64,000 nucleotides of DNA from the NCBI GenBank assembly GCA_963665125.2, contig CAXXUK010000001.1:3456001-3520000 (forward strand), in the 5' to 3' direction. Of the stretch, positions 20,137 to 29,023 are shown in pieces. The first letter of the stretch is position 1. Each line of letters begins with the position of its first letter. Origin of the DNA: an uncultured Desulfarculus sp. GTDB lineage: Bacteria > Desulfobacterota > Desulfarculia > Desulfarculales > Desulfarculaceae. The notes below the pieces were generated by a model. The model had not been told where the DNA came from and did not search any database. It saw only the letters and a list, made by a program, of their open reading frames with translations. The translations under genes were made by a program, and so were the position numbers.

Positions 20137-21267
20137 TTACTCGACCTTGATCAACCGTCCGTTTTTAACAGTCTCTATTATGATATCGTGCATCGCATCG
20201 CCATATTGGTCAATGGTGACTTTGCTTTGGAGCCCGTCTATGGTGCCGGTTTCAATGATTGCCGTCTTGAGCGGAATCTTTTCGTCCAGCGACTTTTGCA
20301 ACGCGGCGAACAGGAGCTGGGCCGCATCATGGGCGTGCATGGCCGCAAAACCGGGTTCGTAGCCAAACCGTTTCAAAAAGTCGGCCTTGAATTCCTTCCA
20401 ACGGCCGCCATCGTGCTGGGGGTCAAAGGGCTGGGCCGCGAACGCTCCCTCCACCGAAGCGCCTCCGTGAACCAGCAGACCCGGGTCCAGAGACCAGCCG
20501 CTGAGGAACAACGGCCCCTTAAATCCCCGCTTGCGCAATTGCTGGCAGATCAGAGCCGCGTCCATGGCCCCTGCCGACAGCACCACGCCTTGGGGATTGC
20601 CGGCCAACAAATCTTCGGTGATTTGAACGTAATTGTGCAGGTTGGCAACGTCGACCTTTACAACATCTGAAATTCTTCCGCCCGCTTTTTGATAGGCCTC
20701 ACTGAAAGCGCGGTACCAGCTATCGGTGTAGCGCAAGTTTGAACTGTCCACCGCCGCGGCGATATTGGCGACTCGGACTTTGTTGTAGGCGAAGGCGCCC
20801 AAACGGGCGCCGGTCTGTCCTGAGTCTATGCGTACACGAAAGAAATAGTCATCAATTCCGGTGAGGTCGGTGGTGGAGGCGGTGGGGCTTATCAGCACGA
20901 CCTTGCGCTCGTTGTACAGGCCCACCGCTGCGGTTGCCATGTCGCTGGTGGTGAACCCCAAAACCGCGACAACGCCGGCATCGAGCACTTCACGGCTGAC
21001 AGCCAGGGTGGCGTCCGGATTGCGCGGGCAGTGTTTCACCAACAGCTCCAGAGGCCGGCCGTCAACGCCCCCTTTCGCGTTTTGCTGTTCAAAAGCCAGG
21101 AGCGTGGCGTCCCTGGCTTGGACTCCCAACTCGCCCGAGGGGCCGTTGAGATTGGCCACGAAACCGACACGCAGCGGCCGGGCCGGTTCACAGGCTGCCA
21201 AAACAAACAGCAGCGCCAAAACGAGTATCAGGGACGATCTTACAAAAAGTATCAACCGTTCCTTCAA
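20137..21267 (-). CDS. Leu/Ile/Val-type substrate-binding lipoprotein (paralog 1)
   Basis: TTG start with AAGGAG RBS; lipobox LAAC; 'GGVDGRPLEL', 'ISPTAS', 'DDYFFRV'. Confidence 0.85.
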   Translation of the reverse strand: MKERLILFVRSSLILVLALLFVLAACEPARPLRVGFVANLNGPSGELGVQARDATLLAFEQQNAKGGVDGRPLELLVKHCPRNPDATLAVSREVLDAGVVAVLGFTTSDMATAAVGLYNERKVVLISPTASTTDLTGIDDYFFRVRIDSGQTGARLGAFAYNKVRVANIAAAVDSSNLRYTDSWYRAFSEAYQKAGGRISDVVKVDVANLHNYVQITEDLLAGNPQGVVLSAGAMDAALICQQLRKRGFKGPLFLSGWSLDPGLLVHGGASVEGAFAAQPFDPQHDGGRWKEFKADFLKRFGYEPGFAAMHAHDAAQLLFAALQKSLDEKIPLKTAIIETGTIDGLQSKVTIDQYGDAMHDIIIETVKNGRLIKVE

Positions 21268-21373
21268 CTGCCACTCCTTATAGTTTTCATCGATACTATA
21301 TGAGAACCGACGATTGACCGGCATCAATACTTGCCGTTACGACAATATGCCCTTTTTCGAATCAAGGCACTAC

Positions 21374-22504
21374 TTACTTCATTGAAACCCACCGGCCGTC
21401 ATTAAAAAACAATATCCAGTCCTCACTAAATCCATCGCCGTATTTGTCGATTTTTACAACTCCTTGTAAACCATTTATACTTCCGGTTTTTAAAATGGCC
21501 TGTTTAAGGGGAATACCTTCGTTCAAAGACACATCCAACGCAGCGAATAGCAATTTTGCTGCATTGTACGCAGACATGGCCTCGCTTGCCGGCGTATGGT
21601 TAAAACGTTTCGTGTATTTTTTTTTGAACTCCAGCCATGGTTTACTTGTCGACGACGGATTAAAGGGTTGTACGCTGATAATGCCCTCGATGGCGGATCC
21701 ACCGTGGACAACCAAGTTGGGATTCAAAGCCCAACCGCTAATGAATATTTTGCCTTTGAATCCTTTTAGCCGCAAGTGTTGGCAAATAAGCGCCGTATCC
21801 AAAGGTGAGGCCACGACAACTATGCCATCTGCTCTCCTTTTCAATAATTTTTCCGCTAGTGATTTATAAGAATATGGCTTTCGATGGGGGAACGGCAAAA
21901 CCGTAAACGTTTCACCACCACTAGCTTCAAAATTTATTTGGAAATATTTGAACCAGTTACTGGAGTACTCCTCGTTTGAGTAATCCAGAATTGCGCTTAC
22001 AGTCTTAACTCCAGCTTGGTTGTACGCATAAGCGCCCAACTTGCCCGCCGTGGGCCTTATATCGTTGCGAACCCTAAAAAAATAGTCGTCAGAACCTGTT
22101 AAGGACGGCGTAGCCACAGTTGCAGAAATCATTACCACCTGATGCGTGTTGAACACGTCAACCGCCTTGATGGCAATATTGCTGGTAGATAGGCCCAGAA
22201 CAGCAACAACCCCCAGGTCAATTAATTCTTTGCTGACCGATGGTATTGTGTCACCTGTGTCGCCAACATTTCTTGATAACAATTCAATCCGGCGTTCATG
22301 GATTCCACCGCTGGCGTTTTGCTCCTCCACTGCCAGGGTAACGGCATCCCTTGCGCTTGTTCCCACCGAACTGGCGCCCCCAACCAGATTATCAATGAAA
22401 CCTATACGCAACGGCCGGGCCGGTTCACAGGCAGTCAGGGCAAACAGCAGCGCCAAACCACATAGCAAAATAGACGCAAAGGATATGGCCGCGCGCACCC
22501 GCAA
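21374..22504 (-). CDS. Leu/Ile/Val-type substrate-binding lipoprotein (paralog 2, AT-richer)
   Basis: TTG start with AGGAG RBS; lipobox LTAC; same motifs as paralog 1. Confidence 0.85.
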   Translation of the reverse strand: MRVRAAISFASILLCGLALLFALTACEPARPLRIGFIDNLVGGASSVGTSARDAVTLAVEEQNASGGIHERRIELLSRNVGDTGDTIPSVSKELIDLGVVAVLGLSTSNIAIKAVDVFNTHQVVMISATVATPSLTGSDDYFFRVRNDIRPTAGKLGAYAYNQAGVKTVSAILDYSNEEYSSNWFKYFQINFEASGGETFTVLPFPHRKPYSYKSLAEKLLKRRADGIVVVASPLDTALICQHLRLKGFKGKIFISGWALNPNLVVHGGSAIEGIISVQPFNPSSTSKPWLEFKKKYTKRFNHTPASEAMSAYNAAKLLFAALDVSLNEGIPLKQAILKTGSINGLQGVVKIDKYGDGFSEDWILFFNDGRWVSMK

Positions 22505-22676
22505 TAGCTGCTCCTGTTTCCTGGTGATAATTAAACGATAACACTGACAAGTATACTTGTACAACGTGGGTGAAAAAAAGGCCGAATTTCATGCCATTGG
22601 CGGACAGGAGTTCAGGGATCGGAAGGGGACGCAGGGTCGGACGCTGATGGCTAAGGTCGGTCGCCTCCGCCTGTGG

Positions 22677-22793
22677 TTACTTGCTGGGCGGGTTGTCTTT
22701 TTCAGGTTGGTCTTTCGCCGTTTTTTCCGGCTCGGACCTTTGGTTTAATTGTCCTGTTGTCTGGTTGCAGCGCCGATATAGGAAAAACAGCAT
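22677..22793 (-). CDS. Putative 38-aa small protein at end of feo operon
   Basis: GGAGG RBS, ATG 22793, MLFFLYRRCNQ...PPSK*; not in supplied ORF track. Confidence 0.4.
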   Translation of the reverse strand: MLFFLYRRCNQTTGQLNQRSEPEKTAKDQPEKDNPPSK

Positions 22794-22832
22794 CAACACC
22801 TCCAAACAGGCATCAGGCCCGCATATGTTTTT

Positions 22833-23039
22833 TTACGAGTCCTTACTCTCGAATTTACACTCGCTGCGGTCGCAGCCCTGGCAGATTTGGGCTTGCTGCT
22901 CCGGATCAATGCCGGGCGGCGGCCCCTGGCAGGTGTCGCAACATTTGCAGGAGCCCTCGCGGCTTTCCCTCCACAGACGCCTGGCGACGAATACTACGGC
23001 AACGGCCACCACGGCCAGGACGACAATCGTCTGCCACAT
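22833..23039 (-). CDS. FeoB-associated Cys-rich small membrane protein
   Basis: N-terminal TM, then 'CKCCDTC' and 'CQGCDRSEC'; starts 2 nt after feoB stop. Confidence 0.8.
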   Translation of the reverse strand: MWQTIVVLAVVAVAVVFVARRLWRESREGSCKCCDTCQGPPPGIDPEQQAQICQGCDRSECKFESKDS

Positions 23040-23041
23040 AG

Positions 23042-25183
23042 TTACACCCCCAGTCCCAGAGCGGCGCCGCCCTGATACACCGCAAGCGCCAGGATATAGG
23101 CCAGCACGGTGGTGTAGACCATGGCGAAAGCGGCCCATTTCCAGGACTTGGTTTCCTTGCGGATTACCGCCACGGTAACCAGGCACGGCGCGTAAACCAT
23201 CACGAATATCATCATGGCAAAGGCCATGAGCTTGTTCCAGCCGGGCTCGGCGGCCAAACGCTGGCTCAGGCTGGCCGGGTCTTCTTCATCCACTTCGCCC
23301 AGGCTGTAGGCCGTGCCCATGGTGGAGACGATGACCTCCTTGGCCGCGAATCCGCCCACCAGAGCCACATTGACCCGCCAGTCAAACCCCAGGGGAGCGG
23401 TGATATGCTCCAGGCCCCGGCCCATGTAACCGGCCACGGACGCCTGAAGACCGGCCTCGGCCATCCGCTTTTGCAGGTCGGCCCTCTGCTCGGTGGTCTG
23501 GGCAGCGTCGATTTTTGATTGCCACAGGGCCTGCTGTTCGGTGCTGAGGCCGGGATAGGTCATCAGGGCCCACATGATGATGCTGATGCCCAGGATCACG
23601 GTTCCGGCCTTTTTGATGTACTGCCAGGTGCGCTCCCAGGTGTGGATGGCCAGGCCCTTCATGGTCGGCATGCGGTATGGCGGCAGCTCCATGACAAAGG
23701 GCGAGGTCTCGCCTTTTAATACCGTCCAGCGGATTATCCGGGCCGCCATCAGGGCAATGGCCCAGGAAATCATGGTCAGCATAAAGAGCATTTGGGCCTT
23801 TTGGGCCGCGAAAAACGCCGCCGTGAGCACGGCGTACACCGGCAGCTTTGCCCCGCAGTTCATCAGGGGCACGGTGAGGATGGTGGCCATGCGGGCCTTG
23901 GGGTCGGCCAGGGTGCGGGTGGCCATCACGCCGGGAACGGCGCAGCCGCCGCTTATGCCGCCGCCGATGATCAGCGGCACCACGCTGTTGCCGTGCAGGC
24001 CGAAGGTCCGCAGCACCCGGTCCAGCAAAAACGCCGCTCTGGCCAGATAGCCAGAGTCTTCCATAAAGGCGATGGCCAAAAACATGAACATGATCAGGGG
24101 CACGAAGCCCATGACTCCGCCCACGCCGTCGATGACGCCGCTGACGATCATCGAGCGCAGGATGCCCTCGGGCAGGTTGGCCTCGACAACGCCGCCCAGC
24201 CAGCCGAAGGCCGCCTCGAACCACTCCACAGGTGCCTCGCTGGCCCAGAAGACAAACTGATAAACCACGTACAACACGGCCAGCAGCACCAGGGGGCCGA
24301 AAAGCCTGTTTAATAGCACCTTGTCGATCTTGTCGCTGAGCTCCAGCCTGGCGACGCGGGGCTCGGTGACCACCTGGCGGTAGATGCTGCCGATGTAGCC
24401 GTAGCGGTAGTCGGCGATGACGCCCTCGGGGTCGTCGTCAAGGGTCTTGTTGATGTGTTTGGTCACCGAGGCGACCAGGGGGCTGATGCGCTCACTGAGG
24501 CCAGGCACGCAGTCGACGGTTTTTTTCACCTCGGCGTCGCTTTCCAGGAGCTTGATGGCCAGCCAGCGGGAGTCTTCCCTTTCGCGGCCCGCGCCATGGG
24601 CCCGGATGCAGCCGGCCATGCTGCTGATGGCTTCGTCCACGTCCGGGCCATAGGATATTTCCAGGGGGGTCCATTCTTTTTTCTCGGCGGCCTTTTTCGC
24701 CGCCGCGGCCATCAACTGTTCGATGCCCTTGCCCTCACGGGCCACGGTGGGCACCACCGGCACGCCCAACAGATCGGAAAGCCTGTCCACGTTGAGATCC
24801 AGGCCCCTGGCCTTGGCCACATCCATCATATTCAAGGCGATGACCACCGGCACGCCCAATTCCATGAACTGCACGGCCAGATACAGATTGCGCTCCAGGT
24901 TGGAGGCGTCCACCACGTCGACCACCACATCGGGCTTTTCGTCGATGACAAAATTGCGGGCCACCACTTCCTCTAGGGAATAGGCGCTGAGGCTGTATGT
25001 GCCCGGCAGGTCCACCACGTCGATGACCTGGCCGGCGGCCTTGGTCTGGCCCCATTTTTTTTCCACGGTGATGCCGGGGTAGTTGCCCACATGCTGCCGC
25101 GCCCCGGTCAGGGCGTTGAACAACGAGGTTTTACCAGCGTTGGGGTTGCCGGCCAGCGCGACTGTGATCTTGCCGTTAGCCAT
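23042..25183 (-). CDS. feoB: Ferrous iron transporter B
   Basis: 'GNPNAGKT', 'VGNYPGITVE', 'DLPGTYS', 'NMMD', Gate-domain Cys motifs. Confidence 0.97.
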   Translation of the reverse strand: MANGKITVALAGNPNAGKTSLFNALTGARQHVGNYPGITVEKKWGQTKAAGQVIDVVDLPGTYSLSAYSLEEVVARNFVIDEKPDVVVDVVDASNLERNLYLAVQFMELGVPVVIALNMMDVAKARGLDLNVDRLSDLLGVPVVPTVAREGKGIEQLMAAAAKKAAEKKEWTPLEISYGPDVDEAISSMAGCIRAHGAGREREDSRWLAIKLLESDAEVKKTVDCVPGLSERISPLVASVTKHINKTLDDDPEGVIADYRYGYIGSIYRQVVTEPRVARLELSDKIDKVLLNRLFGPLVLLAVLYVVYQFVFWASEAPVEWFEAAFGWLGGVVEANLPEGILRSMIVSGVIDGVGGVMGFVPLIMFMFLAIAFMEDSGYLARAAFLLDRVLRTFGLHGNSVVPLIIGGGISGGCAVPGVMATRTLADPKARMATILTVPLMNCGAKLPVYAVLTAAFFAAQKAQMLFMLTMISWAIALMAARIIRWTVLKGETSPFVMELPPYRMPTMKGLAIHTWERTWQYIKKAGTVILGISIIMWALMTYPGLSTEQQALWQSKIDAAQTTEQRADLQKRMAEAGLQASVAGYMGRGLEHITAPLGFDWRVNVALVGGFAAKEVIVSTMGTAYSLGEVDEEDPASLSQRLAAEPGWNKLMAFAMMIFVMVYAPCLVTVAVIRKETKSWKWAAFAMVYTTVLAYILALAVYQGGAALGLGV

Positions 25184-25185
25184 GG

Positions 25186-25431
25186 TTAGCCTTCCGGGGC
25201 CACGAAAATATGGTCGGCTTCATTGTTGCGCAGGCTCAGGTTGTAGCCTCGCAGCTTGATTTCCACCGGATCCTTGAGCGGAGCCCGGCCCATCACCTGC
25301 AGACCGACGCCGGGCACCAGACCCATGTCCCTCATGCGCCGGCCAAGCTCACCCTTGGCGGTTACCTTGGTGATCACGGCCTTCTGGCCCGGGTTGAGGC
25401 TTCTGAGCGTGCCGTTTCCCTTGGCGTTCAT
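25186..25431 (-). CDS. feoA: Ferrous iron transport protein A
   Basis: 'RRMRDMGLVPG...APLKDP...LSLRNNEA'. Confidence 0.95.
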   Translation of the reverse strand: MNAKGNGTLRSLNPGQKAVITKVTAKGELGRRMRDMGLVPGVGLQVMGRAPLKDPVEIKLRGYNLSLRNNEADHIFVAPEG

Positions 25432-25498
25432 CTACATTATGCTCCGTATTACGGCTGACAACGGACTTGGCCTTCCTGGCCAATCGGATTACTGCCGC

Positions 25499-25521
25499 TT
25501 TTGCATTACTATTGTCAATAA
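25499..25521. promoter_or_regulatory. Possible Fur-type box upstream of feoA
   Basis: Imperfect AT-rich palindrome TTGCATTACTATTGTCAA ~70 nt upstream of feoA. Confidence 0.35.
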
Positions 25522-25871
25522 ACTACACTATTGATTCACACGGTCCGCGACGGACATTAATGCCTGATTGTCCAATATTTTCGATGATTGTCAAAACAAT
25601 CCAAATAAAGACCCGTCCAGCCGTCACGTGAACCACAACCGGATATCAACCGGCTGTTTTAAAACCAATATACAGCATAAATTTGCACTTTCAACTAATT
25701 TTAGCCTTGTCTAATTATTGGCCTGAATTTACTGTCTCCGGCTGGCAACCCCACTTTATGTCCCGCAAATTCAGTATCAGTAAAAGAATTTGTTGTTCAG
25801 ATGGGCACAAATGTGCTAACGTCCATCTGCTGTATGGAATTGTCTTTGCCATAAAAGCCAAGAAAGACACT

Positions 25872-25946
25872 ATGAACACTCGCCCCTCACATAGCGCATC
25901 CGGCCGCTATTATTACGACTACTACTATCAGCCGTTGCGCGGCTGA
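25872..25946 (+). promoter_or_regulatory. Putative Tyr-rich leader peptide (MNTRPSHSASGRYYYDYYYQPLRG) / attenuator of the TRAP operon
   Basis: 24-codon ORF with 6 Tyr in 7 consecutive codons, 127 nt upstream of dctP; overlapping hairpin and downstream G-free tract. Confidence 0.7.
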
Positions 25947-26073
25947 TATTACTTTTACCCAAACATAACCCCTAAATATCCCAACAAACAAAAAATCCAG
26001 CCAGGATTGCGCCTTGTCGTGACGTTTTCCTGGGGCTGGAAAACATGACATTCGTAATAACCGGAGAGTTGAC

Positions 26074-27087
26074 ATGTCCAAACGCATCGCCTTGATAGTC
26101 GCCGCGGCCTTTGCGCTGATGACAATGGCGTCATTGGCCCAGGCGGCCACCACTCTGACCTACAGCAACTTCTTTCCGCCCACCCACACCCAGAGCAAAC
26201 TGGCCCAGGCTTGGTGCGATGAAGTGGAAAAACGCACGGGCGGCGAAGTAAAGGTGCAGTATTATCCCGGCCAGACCCTGACCAAGGCCAAACAAGCCTA
26301 CGACGGCGTGACCATCGGCCTGTCCGACCTGGCCATGGGCTGCTTTGCCTACACCGGCGGCCGCTTCCCGGTGATGGCCGTTGTGGACCTTCCCTTTGGT
26401 TATAAAAACGGCATCATGGCCACCAAGGTCGTCAACGAAGTCTACAACGCCCTAAAGCCCAAAGAGCTGGACAACGTCGAGGTCATGTACCTGCACGCCC
26501 ACGGCCCGGGGCTGATCTTCACCACTGAAAAGCCGGTCAAGACCCTGGAAGAGCTCCAGGGCATGAAAATCAGGGGCCAGGGCACCTCGGCCCGCCTGAT
26601 CAAGGCCCTGGGCGCCTCGGCGGTGACCGTTCCCATGCCCGACGTGTACCAGGCCCTGAGCCGCGGCACCGTCGACGGCGCGGCCTACCCCACCGAGTCC
26701 AACAAGGGCTGGAAGCTGGGCGAGGTCACTAAGTACCGCATCTGCTGCTTCCCCGTGGCTTTCACCACGGCATTCTTCGTGGTGATGAACAAGGACAAGT
26801 GGAATTCGCTGTCCGAACCGGCCAAAAAGGCCATCACCGAGATCAACCAGGAATGGGCCCTCAAGACGGCCAAGGCCTGGGACGAAGCCGACGAGGAAGG
26901 CCTGAAGTTCTTCATGAGCCTGCCCGGCCGCCAGGACATCACCCTGAGCCCGGAAGAAGCCGTCAAGTGGGTCAATGCCGTACAGCCGGTGTTTGACGAA
27001 TACATCCAGTCCGTCAGTGAAAAGGGCCTGGACGGTAAACATATCGTCGAAACGGCCAAAAAAGCCGTAGCCGAGGCGGCCAAGTAG
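26074..27087 (+). CDS. dctP: TRAP transporter substrate-binding protein
   Basis: Signal peptide; 'VEKRTGGEVK', 'LQGMKIRG', 'VYQALSRGTVDG', 'VVMNKDKW'. Confidence 0.92.
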   Translation: MSKRIALIVAAAFALMTMASLAQAATTLTYSNFFPPTHTQSKLAQAWCDEVEKRTGGEVKVQYYPGQTLTKAKQAYDGVTIGLSDLAMGCFAYTGGRFPVMAVVDLPFGYKNGIMATKVVNEVYNALKPKELDNVEVMYLHAHGPGLIFTTEKPVKTLEELQGMKIRGQGTSARLIKALGASAVTVPMPDVYQALSRGTVDGAAYPTESNKGWKLGEVTKYRICCFPVAFTTAFFVVMNKDKWNSLSEPAKKAITEINQEWALKTAKAWDEADEEGLKFFMSLPGRQDITLSPEEAVKWVNAVQPVFDEYIQSVSEKGLDGKHIVETAKKAVAEAAK

Positions 27088-27100
27088 AAAGGAGCCCGTC

Positions 27101-27580
27101 ATGCTGGACAGGGTCACAGCCCAAGTCAGCAACTTGTTCAAGATCGCCGCAGGCGTGGCCCTGATCATCATGATGCTGCTGACCTGCCTGGACGCATTTC
27201 TGCGGGATATCAACAAGCCCATCACCGGCGTGGTGGAGATCGTTACCTATCTCGGAGCATTGGTCCTGGCCTTCAGCCTGCCCATGACCCAGGTTCGCCG
27301 GGGCCAGGTGGGTGTGGAACTATTGACCCGCAAACTTCCGCCCAAGGTTGCGGCCGTTATTGAGGTCATCACCGACGCCGCCTCGCTGGTGCTGTGCGCA
27401 GTTATCGCCTGGCAGGGTTGGATCTATGCCGAACGTCTGTCTCTGGTCCATGAAAAATCCATGAACCTGGGCATTCCAACCGATCTGGTTGTCCGGGCCA
27501 TTTGCTTTTCATTCGCCGCGCTTTGCCTGGTTCTGCTGAACCAGATGGTTTCGGCCATTGCCAGGGCGGTGAAAAAATGA
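27101..27580 (+). CDS. dctQ: TRAP transporter small permease
   Basis: 4 TM, position between dctP and dctM. Confidence 0.88.
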   Translation: MLDRVTAQVSNLFKIAAGVALIIMMLLTCLDAFLRDINKPITGVVEIVTYLGALVLAFSLPMTQVRRGQVGVELLTRKLPPKVAAVIEVITDAASLVLCAVIAWQGWIYAERLSLVHEKSMNLGIPTDLVVRAICFSFAALCLVLLNQMVSAIARAVKK

Positions 27581-28896
27581 GTCCACAAATAGTAGGAGTT
27601 GTCGGCATCTTTCTGATGCTGGGCGTCTTTCTCACCGGCATGCCCGTGGCCTATGCCATGGCCCTGGTGGGTTGGATCGGCTTCAGCTGGATGGCCTCGC
27701 CCGATGCCGGTTTGCAGGTGTTGGCCATGGACATGGCCAACACCTTCCAGAACTACGGCCTGGTGGTCATTCCCCTGTTCACCCTGATGGGCCAGTTCGC
27801 CCTTCAGGGAGGGGTCAGCAGACGTCTGTACAAGGTGGCCCACCGCTTCACCGGCGCCGTGCCCGGCGGCCTGGCCATGGCCACGATCATGGCCTGCACC
27901 GGTTTCGGCGCGGTGTGCGGCTCCAGCAGCGCCACGGCGGCGACCATGGCCACTGTTGGCCTGCCCGAGATGAAACGCTACGATTATTCGCCCGCCCTGG
28001 CCGCGGGAGCGGTTGCCAGCGGCGGCGGTTTGGGCATGCTCATGCCGCCAAGCGTGGTGCTGATCGTCTACGGCGTGCTCACCGAGGAATCCATCGGACG
28101 CCTGTTCGTGGCCGGGGTCATGCCCGCCCTGCTGATAACCGCGCTGTTCATCGGCGCGATCTGGCTGGTCTGCAAGCTGCGGCCCAGGGCCTGTCCCGCC
28201 GGCGAAAGCTTCACCTGGAGCGAAAAGTTCGCGGCCCTGCGGGATGTCGGTGAAGTGATCATCGTCTTCGTCATCGTCCTGGGCGGCCTGGTTCGGGGCT
28301 GGTTCACGGCCACCGAGGCCGGCGGCGTGGGCGCGGTGCTGATGTTCATCGTGGCTTTGGCCAGGGGCCAGATCACCTGGGAGCGCTTCAACAAGGCCAT
28401 CACCGACACCCTGTGGACCAGTTGCATGACCATGATGCTGGTGGCCGGCGCCGTGGTCTTCGGCCACTTCCTGGCCATCACCCGCATCCCGTTCATGCTG
28501 GCCGACGCCGTGGCGTCTCTGCAATGGCCGGCCTGGGCCGTTGTCATCGTCATCGGCATGGTCTACCTAGTCGGCGGCTGCATCATCGACGCCCTGGCCC
28601 TGGTCATGCTCACGGTGCCGATCTTCCTGCCCATCATCGACGACCTGGGCTTCGGCAAAATCTGGTTCGGCATCGTCATCGTGCTGCTGACCCAGATGGG
28701 GGTGATCACCCCGCCGGTGGGCCTAAACGTCTATGTGGTCAGCGGCATAGACCGCAGCATCAAGCTCGAGACCATCTTCAAGGGGGCTTTGCCCTTCCTG
28801 GTGGCCCTGGTGGTGGGCCTGTTGATCATGATCGCCTTCCCGGGCATCGCCACCTGGCTGCCCGACGTGATCTACTCCAGCCTGGGCAAGGGCTAA
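27577..28896 (+). CDS. dctM: TRAP transporter large permease
   Basis: 'FGAVCGSS', 'LMPPSV', 'ATEAG', 'ITPPVGLN'; ATGA overlap with dctQ. Confidence 0.93.
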   Translation: MSPQIVGVVGIFLMLGVFLTGMPVAYAMALVGWIGFSWMASPDAGLQVLAMDMANTFQNYGLVVIPLFTLMGQFALQGGVSRRLYKVAHRFTGAVPGGLAMATIMACTGFGAVCGSSSATAATMATVGLPEMKRYDYSPALAAGAVASGGGLGMLMPPSVVLIVYGVLTEESIGRLFVAGVMPALLITALFIGAIWLVCKLRPRACPAGESFTWSEKFAALRDVGEVIIVFVIVLGGLVRGWFTATEAGGVGAVLMFIVALARGQITWERFNKAITDTLWTSCMTMMLVAGAVVFGHFLAITRIPFMLADAVASLQWPAWAVVIVIGMVYLVGGCIIDALALVMLTVPIFLPIIDDLGFGKIWFGIVIVLLTQMGVITPPVGLNVYVVSGIDRSIKLETIFKGALPFLVALVVGLLIMIAFPGIATWLPDVIYSSLGKG

Positions 28897-28920
28897 CGAG
28901 ACATAATCTCATCGAATCGA

Positions 28921-28952
28921 GGCGCGCCCCATGATCGGGGCGCGCTTTTTTA
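28921..28952 (+). terminator. Intrinsic terminator of TRAP operon
   Basis: gcgcgcccc-atgatc-ggggcgcgc then tttttt. Confidence 0.85.
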
Positions 28953-29000
28953 TTGACTTGGGTCTCGCCGCCGGGATATAGAGAGTAATCGCTCACTCTC
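28953..29000 (+). promoter_or_regulatory. Promoter and TetR-type operator 1
   Basis: TTGACT..TATAGA followed by palindrome gagagtaatcgctcactctc. Confidence 0.7.
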
Positions 29001-29023
29001 TTGATCCGGCGGGAAAAATCACC

